From positions 181-64,180 of the forward strand of contig JAVYKI010000003.1 of the NCBI GenBank assembly GCA_038742305.1: a DNA stretch of 64,000 bases, read 5' to 3'. The position numbers and the translations under genes are program-made. Positions 56,820 through 64,000 of the stretch are shown in pieces; position 1 is the first letter of the stretch, and the number at the start of each line of letters is the position of its first letter. This DNA is from Candidatus Aenigmatarchaeota archaeon. GTDB lineage: Archaea > Aenigmatarchaeota > Aenigmatarchaeia > CG10238-14 > SpSt-28. Below the pieces are notes generated by a model. It was not told the origin of the DNA and made no database searches. It saw only the letters and a program-made list of their open reading frames with translations.

Positions 56820-58323
56820 ATGTTAATTCTTTTTTAATATCATAAATTATTCTTCTCATTCTTCTTTCTTTATGGAAAGCAGCCCAGTAATAAGCTTCAT
56901 CTCTAGTTCCTTTAGTTATTAATATTATTACTTTTCCGCTTGTTTGTCTCCCGACCCTTCCTCTTCTTTGAATAGTTCTTATTTCGCTTGGAACAGGCTC
57001 GTAAAATATTGCATAATCAGTTTTTGGAATATCTAATCCTTCTTCCCCTACACTGCTACATATTAAAACATTATAAATTCCAGAAGCAAAATCTCTTATA
57101 ACTTTTTCTTGTTCTTTTTGACTCATTCCTTCTGAACCTTCTTTTGTTGCTTGTCCCACAAGTTTTGCAATTTTAAACTTATCTTTTAACTTTTTGTAAA
57201 TATATTCTATTGTGCTTCTATAATTTGCAAAAATTATTATTTTTACTTGAGGATTTTGCTGAATAAGATAGTTTAATATTTCTTCTAGCTTTTGGAGTTT
57301 TGGATGAATAAATTCCTTTTCCAAAAAGTTTTTAACTATGCTTTCAGCAATCCTTATTCTCAAATCATTAACCAAATTTCTTTCATAAACTTTTTTGCTT
57401 TGCTTTAGTTTGTTTAAATATTCTAAAAAAGCTAAAAGGCTTTGAGTTTCCAAAAGTTCTAATAAATATTCAATTTTTATTAGTTGCAAAACTTTGAAAA
57501 TTATTGAAGAGAAAAATTGTTTGTTTAAAAATTTATCTTCGCTTTCTAAAAGATTTTGATAAAGTTTAATTATTTCCTTCTTTTTTATTTCCTTACTACT
57601 TAATATACCATTTTTTATTAGCCAATCTATTATTTCATTTCTAATTTTCTCAATATTTTCTTTAGCACTTTTTATTTCTTCTGGCAAATCTACATAAACG
57701 TAAAGGTATTCAATTTTTTTAATGTATTTTCTAATATCTTCATCTTTTTCAGTTCTTATTTCAATAAATTGAATGTTTAAATTATTTTTTATTTCTTCTA
57801 TTCTTTCCTCTTCACTTCCTGGAGAAGCTGTTAAAGCTAAAATTAACGGATATTTTGATTGTTCCAAATATTTTTTTGCAACATAAGTATATGCATATTC
57901 TTTTACACATCTATGTGCTTCGTCAAAAACAATTAAGCTAAAATCTTGAAGGTTTAAAATATTGCTTTCTAAATCGTTTTGAATTGTTTGAGGAGTTGCA
58001 ATTATTATTTTAGCAAATTTATACAAGAACTTTCTTTCTTCTTTAGGAATTTTTCCAGTAATTGCAACAATTCTATTTGAATCTATTTTTAAAAGCTTTT
58101 TAAAAGTTTTTTCGTGCTGCAAAACTAAAGGTCTTGTAGGTGCTAGCATCATTACCTTACTTTCTGGATATTTATTTAATCTATTAGCTGCAACTATTAT
58201 TGCAATAATAGTTTTACCAGTACCAGTAGGTAAAATAACTAAAGTATTCCCTTTAATTGCAGTATTTGCAATATTAATTTGATATTCTCTAGGCTCAATT
58301 AATTCCTTTCTTAATAATTCCAT
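56803..58323 (-). CDS. hef: Hef/FANCM-family SF2 helicase (helicase part only)
   Basis: EPREYQ (Q-motif region), LVILPTGTGKT (motif I), DEAHR (motif II), insertion domain, QRRGRVGR (motif VI). Ends 17 nt into the xpf ORF. Confidence 0.75.
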   Translation of the reverse strand: MELLRKELIEPREYQINIANTAIKGNTLVILPTGTGKTIIAIIVAANRLNKYPESKVMMLAPTRPLVLQHEKTFKKLLKIDSNRIVAITGKIPKEERKFLYKFAKIIIATPQTIQNDLESNILNLQDFSLIVFDEAHRCVKEYAYTYVAKKYLEQSKYPLILALTASPGSEEERIEEIKNNLNIQFIEIRTEKDEDIRKYIKKIEYLYVYVDLPEEIKSAKENIEKIRNEIIDWLIKNGILSSKEIKKKEIIKLYQNLLESEDKFLNKQFFSSIIFKVLQLIKIEYLLELLETQSLLAFLEYLNKLKQSKKVYERNLVNDLRIRIAESIVKNFLEKEFIHPKLQKLEEILNYLIQQNPQVKIIIFANYRSTIEYIYKKLKDKFKIAKLVGQATKEGSEGMSQKEQEKVIRDFASGIYNVLICSSVGEEGLDIPKTDYAIFYEPVPSEIRTIQRRGRVGRQTSGKVIILITKGTRDEAYYWAAFHKERRMRRIIYDIKKELTYAKNI

Positions 58324-58325
58324 AA

Positions 58326-59330
58326 TTATTTAGAAACAACGTTTATAGGATTGCCTTTAATAAAAGAAATAATGTTTTCAAGAGTAATTCTTTTTATTTC
58401 TTCTAGAGCTTCTATACTATTAAAAGCATTGTGTGGAGTAATTAAAACTCCTTTTGCTTGGTCTTCCAATTCAAAAAGAATATAATTAGCTAAAATATTT
58501 TTTGTTTCTTCTTCACTAAGCTCTTTTCCAAATATTTCTAATTCCTCTTTTATTTCTGGTTCATTCTCTAAAACATCTAATGCAGCATACTTTACTTTTC
58601 CCAATCCAATATATTTAATTAGCGCTTTAGTATCTATTAAACCTCCTCTTGCAGTATTTATTATAATTATTCCATTCTTCATTTTTTCAAAAGCATTTTC
58701 ATTTAACAAATGATAATTTTCTTTTGTTAAATTTGCATGCAAAGAAATTATATCTGCTTCTTTTAAAAGTGTATCAAAATCAACATATTCATATCCAATT
58801 CTTTTCGCTTCTTCAAAGTTTGGATAAATATCATAAGCGATAACTCTCATTCCAAAAGCTTTAGCAAGCTCTGCAACTCTTCTTCCAATTTTTCCAGCTC
58901 CAATTATTCCTAATGTTTTTCCTTTAAGCTCGAAACCTGTTAAACCTTTATTTGAGAAATTTCCTTTTCTAGTTCTTTCAAAACTTTCGAAAAGTCTTCT
59001 TGAAATAGCTAAAATTAAAGCAATAGTATGCTCAGCAACAGTTTCAATACCATAAGCTGGAACATTGGAAACTACTATTCCTCTTTTTTTGCATTCTTCT
59101 ATATCAATATGGTCATAGCCAGTGGATCTGGTACAAATAAATTTTACATTTTTCAATTTTTCCAAAATTTTTGAATTTATTCTTGAATCTACAAAAACAG
59201 AAATAATTTCAGCATCAACTAAATTATTTTCATTTAGCGGCTCTTTAAAAAAATATAATTCAAAATCTTTTAATTCTTTAGAAAAAAATTCTACTTCATC
59301 TTCTCTAGCTTCATAAAAAGCTATTCGCAT
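58326..59330 (-). CDS. D-isomer-specific 2-hydroxyacid dehydrogenase (SerA/GyaR-like)
   Basis: NAD motif GIIGAGKIGRRVAELAKAFGMRVIAYD and the catalytic R/E/H region. Confidence 0.8.
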   Translation of the reverse strand: MRIAFYEAREDEVEFFSKELKDFELYFFKEPLNENNLVDAEIISVFVDSRINSKILEKLKNVKFICTRSTGYDHIDIEECKKRGIVVSNVPAYGIETVAEHTIALILAISRRLFESFERTRKGNFSNKGLTGFELKGKTLGIIGAGKIGRRVAELAKAFGMRVIAYDIYPNFEEAKRIGYEYVDFDTLLKEADIISLHANLTKENYHLLNENAFEKMKNGIIIINTARGGLIDTKALIKYIGLGKVKYAALDVLENEPEIKEELEIFGKELSEEETKNILANYILFELEDQAKGVLITPHNAFNSIEALEEIKRITLENIISFIKGNPINVVSK

Positions 59331-59926
59331 TTAGTATATCCACAAGAGGGATTAATACAATAATAACATCCACTTTCAACTTTTAAAGTTTTTGTTCCGC
59401 ATTTTGGACAAATTTGTAAATGAGAAATATCTATTTCTTCAACCTTTTCATTTTTATAGTTTAAAAAAACTTTATTTTCTTCCTTTTTTATAATTCCCAT
59501 TTCAATAAAGAAATCTTCTATGACATTTGCAATTTCTCCATACAAAGAAGTTATTACTCTTCCATTTTTTAAATATGCTTTTCCATTAGGATCATATATA
59601 CTTCTTAGTTCTTCTATAATAAAAGTTGGGTCTTCGCTTCTTCTAAAAATAGCAGATAATAATCTTGTTAAAGCTGCAAACTCTGCAGCTCTAGTTAAAT
59701 CTTTACTATTTATAAATATTTCAAAAGGCCTAACTTTTCCATCTTGCTTTATATAACCAATAGTTATAAAAATGCTATGTCTTGCAAAATTGCTTTTTAA
59801 TTTATAAACTTTTGCATCAACTACATATGGTCTTTCTAATGCTACAGAAGAAATTTCTTCTTTTCTTTCCTTTTTCTCTTCAACTTCTTTTACTTTTATT
59901 TCTTCTAAAGATTCTATTTTTATCAT
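59321..59926 (-). CDS. nrdJb: ribonucleotide reductase class II, C-terminal split subunit (NrdJb-like) with zinc ribbon
   Basis: RPFEIFINSKDLTRAAEFAALTRLLSAIFRRSEDPTFIIEELRSIYDPNG...ITSLYGEIANVI matches the conserved C-terminal segment of class II RNRs. Terminal CPKCG...CYYC...C ribbon. 4-nt overlap with the upstream RNR gene. Confidence 0.6.
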   Translation of the reverse strand: MIKIESLEEIKVKEVEEKKERKEEISSVALERPYVVDAKVYKLKSNFARHSIFITIGYIKQDGKVRPFEIFINSKDLTRAAEFAALTRLLSAIFRRSEDPTFIIEELRSIYDPNGKAYLKNGRVITSLYGEIANVIEDFFIEMGIIKKEENKVFLNYKNEKVEEIDISHLQICPKCGTKTLKVESGCYYCINPSCGYTKCE

Positions 59927-62436
59927 ATCTTAATTTTTCCTTCTTTCCAGAGATGATATAGAGTAGTCATTTTATCTTTTATAATAATAACTTCATCCCC
60001 TCTTATTAAAAATTTCTTTCCTTTTACATACAATTCAAAAACTTTTTTGCTAAACTCATCAAAATCCTTCTTTTCTCTAATTTCAGTTAATATTCCGAAT
60101 CTGCTACCCTCTCTATAAACTGTTACACTTTTTAATCCCATTTTCCAAGCATAAATGTATAAATCAGATATAGTTTCAGGATGGATATCTGCAGGCAAAT
60201 TTATTGTACTAGAAATGCTATGGTCTATATACTTTTGAGCTATAGCTTGAATTTCCACTCTTTTAAACGGATCAATATAATGAGCAGTTTTAAAGAAGCA
60301 TTTAGGCAAAAGCTTTTTCAATTCTTCTAAATCTTTTGCATCTTGAACTTCTTTATTTATTCCTTTTAAATCTATGTATGCTTGAACTGTACTATGAAAT
60401 ATTTTAAATATTCTATTTCTTTCAACAGTTTCTGTTCTTCTCGTATAATATAGTGCAAAAATCGGTTCTATTCCACCGCTTACTCCAATATAATTTTTTC
60501 CGTTTATGGAAAAAGATACTGCAATGTTCGAAATTGTTCCTGTTGGTGCAATAGAAAGTAATGCAATATTTCTAATTCCATAAATTCTAATCATTTCCCT
60601 TATTTTTGGAGAAATAGATTCTTTTATAAATGGGTTTTCTAGATACTTATCATAATCTATTTCGAGCTTTCCTTTTTCTTTTGCAAGAATGCAGCTAGCA
60701 TAATAAGCAGAGTTTGCAATAATTTTCATTACATTTTCTAAAACTTTTAATGCTTCATCAGAATCATAATCTATTAGCAATTGAATAAACATATCAGCAA
60801 TTCCCATAACTCCTAATCCAATTCTTCTAGTTTTTCTACTTGCTTCTCTTTGTTTTTCTAATGGATGTAAAAGAATATTCCATTCAACAACATTATCCAT
60901 AAACCTTATTGCATATATTACAACTTTTTTGAGCAGAGAATAATCTATTTTTGCATTTTCTGTAAATGGATAAATTACAAACCTTGAAAGATTTATTGAA
61001 CCTAAATTGCATGCTCCACCATCTTCTAATGGAACTTCACTACAAGGATTTGTTGTTATTATAGGAAAGCCAGCATAATCACTTGGGCTATATTTTTTCA
61101 TTCTGCTCCAAAACATTATTCCAGGCTCTGCAGTTTTATAATTGCTTGCAACAAATTCATTCCAAATATCTCTAGCTTTTATTAGTTTTCTTATTTCTCC
61201 TGTTTGTTCGCTAGAAAAGTAAAGCATAAAATCTCCAGAAAACCTTATTGCTAAATCAAAGTTTTCATTTTCTAATTCAATAACATAATCTCCAAAAACA
61301 TCCCTTTTATAAGCATCTTGCAATTCTTCTAAAGTTACATTTTTATTATATTGTTTTAAGTATTCGTTCAATTCTTCTATGCTAGAAAAAACTTTTTCTA
61401 ACTTATAATTTTCTATATTTTTAGAAGGAATTCCGTAAGAGTAATGAACATCTTTTATATTATCAACTCTTTTAATAGTTTTTTTATCGAATTTTTTATA
61501 AACTAAAATTTTATCATTTCCAAATTTATTTTGTTCTTCTAAAGCTTGCATGAATTCATCAGAAACTTTTATGCTAATGTTTGCAAACCTAACTTGAGTA
61601 TTTTCCATTACTTGCTTCTCTATTTCTTTTAATTGTTCTTCTGTAAAGTTTCCAGTTAATCTTAATTGTTCAACTATTTGTTTGGTTGTCCAATTTGGAA
61701 CTTGCTTAATTTTTATAAAATCTAGAACATCAGGATGCTTTACATCTATTGTTAACATTAAGGCGCCTCTTCTTCCTTCTTGACCAATAATTCCAGTTGT
61801 TAAAGAATATAATTCCATAAAGCTCACTGAGCCAGTAGAGAATAGAGCAGCATTATGAACAACAGAACCTTTTGGCCTTAAAACACTAATATCAATTCCT
61901 ATTCCTCCTCCATATGAATATGTTCTAGCAGCTTCCATAGAAGCTTTCCAAATACCTTCAATGCTATCATCTTCAATTATTGTAACAAAGCAATTTGCCA
62001 AAGTTTTTACTCTATACAAATCTCCAGCACCAGCTAAAACTCTTCCTGCAGGAATAAAAAAACTTTCGTACATTAACTTGTAAAATATCTTTGCAAATTT
62101 TATTGGCTTTTTTTCAACAGAAGCTATGAAAGAAGCAACTCTTAAAAATAAATGCTCTGGCTTTGTTTCTATAAAATTACCTTCTAAATCTTTTAAATAA
62201 TATTTATTTTTGTAAATGCTTATTGCAAGTTCATTATTTCCTAAATAATTTTCATGCTTTGGCAATTTGCCTTCATCATAAAGCTTTAGCATTTTGAAAT
62301 AAACTTTTTTAAATTTTTCTATTCTCTCTTTTCCAATAATTTTAACTAATTTTGGGTTAGGATTTTCAAACATTTTTTTCATTTTTTGAGCTAATTCTCT
62401 TGCTTCTTCAGTTTTAAAACTTAAGGTAAGTTCCAT
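59923..62436 (-). CDS. nrdJ: ribonucleotide reductase large chain, probably class II (B12-dependent), catalytic part (NrdJa-like)
   Basis: Ten-stranded barrel motifs FIPAGRVLAGAG, finger-loop NPCSEVPL with the radical Cys, the ACNLGSINLS region; 837 aa with no ATP cone. Confidence 0.8.
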   Translation of the reverse strand: MELTLSFKTEEARELAQKMKKMFENPNPKLVKIIGKERIEKFKKVYFKMLKLYDEGKLPKHENYLGNNELAISIYKNKYYLKDLEGNFIETKPEHLFLRVASFIASVEKKPIKFAKIFYKLMYESFFIPAGRVLAGAGDLYRVKTLANCFVTIIEDDSIEGIWKASMEAARTYSYGGGIGIDISVLRPKGSVVHNAALFSTGSVSFMELYSLTTGIIGQEGRRGALMLTIDVKHPDVLDFIKIKQVPNWTTKQIVEQLRLTGNFTEEQLKEIEKQVMENTQVRFANISIKVSDEFMQALEEQNKFGNDKILVYKKFDKKTIKRVDNIKDVHYSYGIPSKNIENYKLEKVFSSIEELNEYLKQYNKNVTLEELQDAYKRDVFGDYVIELENENFDLAIRFSGDFMLYFSSEQTGEIRKLIKARDIWNEFVASNYKTAEPGIMFWSRMKKYSPSDYAGFPIITTNPCSEVPLEDGGACNLGSINLSRFVIYPFTENAKIDYSLLKKVVIYAIRFMDNVVEWNILLHPLEKQREASRKTRRIGLGVMGIADMFIQLLIDYDSDEALKVLENVMKIIANSAYYASCILAKEKGKLEIDYDKYLENPFIKESISPKIREMIRIYGIRNIALLSIAPTGTISNIAVSFSINGKNYIGVSGGIEPIFALYYTRRTETVERNRIFKIFHSTVQAYIDLKGINKEVQDAKDLEELKKLLPKCFFKTAHYIDPFKRVEIQAIAQKYIDHSISSTINLPADIHPETISDLYIYAWKMGLKSVTVYREGSRFGILTEIREKKDFDEFSKKVFELYVKGKKFLIRGDEVIIIKDKMTTLYHLWKEGKIKI

Positions 62437-62510
62437 AGATTATTTAGTTAATTATTTCTAAAAATGATTTCTCTAGATAATTGGATATAATCAAATAAAC
62501 AAAATTAGTT

Positions 62511-62584
62511 TGGGGCCGCTGGGATTTGAACCCAGGCTACTGGTACCCGAAACCAGCGTCCTAACCAAGCTAGACTACGGCCCC
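62511..62584 (-). tRNA. tRNA-Pro(CGG)
   Basis: Reverse complement reads GGGGCCGUAGUCUAGCUUGGUUAGGACG-CUGGU-UUCGGGU-ACCAG-UAGC-CUGGGUUCAAAUCCCAG-CGGCCCC-A. Confidence 0.85.
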
Positions 62585-62862
62585 GAAAAAGATTTAATCC
62601 AAGAACACTTATTTTCAATACATTTACAAGAAAAATTTAAATTTTTGTGACATTCTTTAAATATGCAAGGAGTAAAAATAATTTCTTCATATTTTGATTG
62701 GCAAACTTCATTATTGCAACCGCTAACTATACAATCTTCATCATTATAACATTTTCCATAGGTCGAAATTCCGCAAAATTCTACATTTTCTTTTTTAGAA
62801 AGAATTAGTATAGAAAAGATAATAGATAAAGCGATTATTAAGCTTAGAATTAAGTTTTTCAT
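62575..62862 (-). CDS. small secreted cysteine-rich protein (hypothetical)
   Basis: Signal peptide MKNLILSLIIALSIIFSILIL, then ~70 aa with 11 Cys (CGISTYGKC...DEDCIVSGCNNEVC...PCIFKEC...SCKCIENKCS). The 3' end overlaps tRNA-Pro by ~10 nt. Confidence 0.4.
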   Translation of the reverse strand: MKNLILSLIIALSIIFSILILSKKENVEFCGISTYGKCYNDEDCIVSGCNNEVCQSKYEEIIFTPCIFKECHKNLNFSCKCIENKCSWIKSFSGP

Positions 62863-62866
62863 AATT

Positions 62867-64000
62867 TTATTCAACTTCTTCGAACTTAAATCCAAACTCT
62901 TTTAAAATTTTTTGATTTAAATCTTCTTCAGAAACTTGTTTCTTTATTTTTTCAGCAATTTTTGGTCCAATAATTATTGCTAAAGTTTGATAAGGAATTT
63001 TCCTTAAAGTTTCAATACTCTTTATTCCATGCAAATAAAGTTTTCTTGCTCTTGCTCTTCCAATTCCTTCTAATCTTATTAATGGCAATAACTCTTCTTT
63101 TATTCCATACTTAACTCTAATTCTCATTTTCTTAATTTCTTTTAGAATTTCCATTTTTCCCTTTAATAATGCTAATTCATGTAAACTATATAAAATCCAG
63201 TCAGCAATTTCTACAATATTTCTGAGCTCTCCAGGAGTAACTCCATACTTCTTCATTATTTCATCTTCGCTTAATTCGTTTATCCAATCAAATAAAATCA
63301 TAGAAACTTTTAAGCTAGGCAAAATGTATTCAAACTCAATTTCATATTCTTCTGGAGCTTTTATAGGAAAAAATTGTTTATTTTCGTAATAAAACTTAAT
63401 TATTTTTTCATATTCCTTTTCTTTTACATTTAGCAAAAATTTCATTTCTGTTGTTAAAGAAATTAAAATTAAAAATGATATATCTTTTTTCAAATTTTCT
63501 AAACCATCTAATAAAATTTTTGCAGATAAAGGATCAATATAAAGCTCGCTTACTCTTTTACCTATTCTTGTAGTTTCGTAATTTTCTTTTTTTATTATAA
63601 AATTCCAATTATCTAACAATTTTATAATTTCTTTTATTTTTTCCCTTAAATATCTTAAATTTTTTGTTTGAACAAAAAAGAATGTTTTTTTGAAAAATTT
63701 TTCTAAACTTTTTTCATTATTACAAAAATTGTTTGCTATTAATGAAAGAATTTGAGACCTTAATATTATTTCGTTTCCTATTTTAGAAGTTATTTCTTCT
63801 ATTTCTCCAGCAACATATTTTCTAAAAAGTTTTTTTGCTTCTAAAGGAGTTTTAGCATAAATTAATCCTAAACCAAAATTATCATAAGGAACTCTTCCAG
63901 CTCTTCCTACCATTTGCTTATATTCTAAAACACTTATTTCTTCTCTATATCTCTTATAATTTGCAATTATTACACAAAAAGCTGGTAAATTTAAGCCCAT
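62867..64000 (-). CDS. hel308: Hel308/Hjm (Ski2-like) DNA helicase, C-terminal part; continues beyond the window edge
   Basis: Motif VI QMVGRAGR, followed by winged-helix, ratchet and C-terminal HhH-like domain. No start codon within the window. Confidence 0.8.
   Translation of the reverse strand: MGLNLPAFCVIIANYKRYREEISVLEYKQMVGRAGRVPYDNFGLGLIYAKTPLEAKKLFRKYVAGEIEEITSKIGNEIILRSQILSLIANNFCNNEKSLEKFFKKTFFFVQTKNLRYLREKIKEIIKLLDNWNFIIKKENYETTRIGKRVSELYIDPLSAKILLDGLENLKKDISFLILISLTTEMKFLLNVKEKEYEKIIKFYYENKQFFPIKAPEEYEIEFEYILPSLKVSMILFDWINELSEDEIMKKYGVTPGELRNIVEIADWILYSLHELALLKGKMEILKEIKKMRIRVKYGIKEELLPLIRLEGIGRARARKLYLHGIKSIETLRKIPYQTLAIIIGPKIAEKIKKQVSEEDLNQKILKEFGFKFEEVE

Noticed and set aside
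59122-59756. Plus-strand ORFs 59122-59316 and 59520-59756
   Set aside because: Antisense to the 2-hydroxyacid dehydrogenase and NrdJb genes.
1-64000. Search for CRISPR arrays, rRNA genes, IS elements or transposases, and long tandem repeats
   Set aside because: No regularly spaced direct repeats, no rRNA-like GC-rich blocks beyond the tRNAs and SRP RNA, and no transposase or integrase ORFs were seen. The only mobile-type elements are the RadA intein and possibly the GIY-YIG gene.

Overview
This window reads as a very AT-rich archaeal chromosome segment, probably from a small reduced genome; assignment to a DPANN-type lineage is inference from split genes, tRNA introns, shortened proteins, scattered ribosomal-protein genes and pilin/adhesin genes. 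Most of it is densely packed housekeeping genes. These include ribosomal proteins (L7Ae, S28e, L24e, S13, S4, S11, L11, L1, P0 fused to P1, S15, S3Ae, S17e, S4e, L5), SecE, Spt5, RpoD, FtsZ, EF1A, LeuRS, glycolytic enzymes (pgk, gap, tpi), PCNA, TFS, RPA, a histone, Nop5, fibrillarin, RadA, Hel308 and a ribonucleotide reductase. The GC-rich islands in the AT-rich background are all RNA genes: eight tRNAs on the minus strand and a minus-strand SRP (7S) RNA that the ORF track covers with a spurious ORF. The tRNAs are three Leu isoacceptors (one with an intron), Cys with an intron, Glu, Phe, Val and Pro. The most unusual items are listed below.
- RadA is interrupted in its P-loop by a 499-aa intein carrying LAGLIDADG motifs.
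- Ribosomal P0 and P1 are fused in frame.
- A Cas4-like 4Fe-4S nuclease overlaps L24e at the position where ndk is usually expected.
- A radical-SAM-family protein appears to have lost its CxxxCxxC cluster.
- Hef is split into helicase and XPF-nuclease genes, followed by an RNase-H-fold coiled-coil protein.
- The class II RNR is split into two genes.
- A 40-aa polyacidic mini-ORF with its own TATA box sits beside the SRP RNA.
- A small locus has a wHTH regulator and palindromic operator next to an overlapping pair: a 230-aa unknown protein and a PIN nuclease.
- Two surface/adhesion loci are present: a 1169-aa secreted protein next to a GT-C glycosyltransferase, and three pilin-like proteins (one with a LamG domain) around tRNA-Cys and tRNA-Glu.
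No CRISPR array, rRNA or transposon was found.
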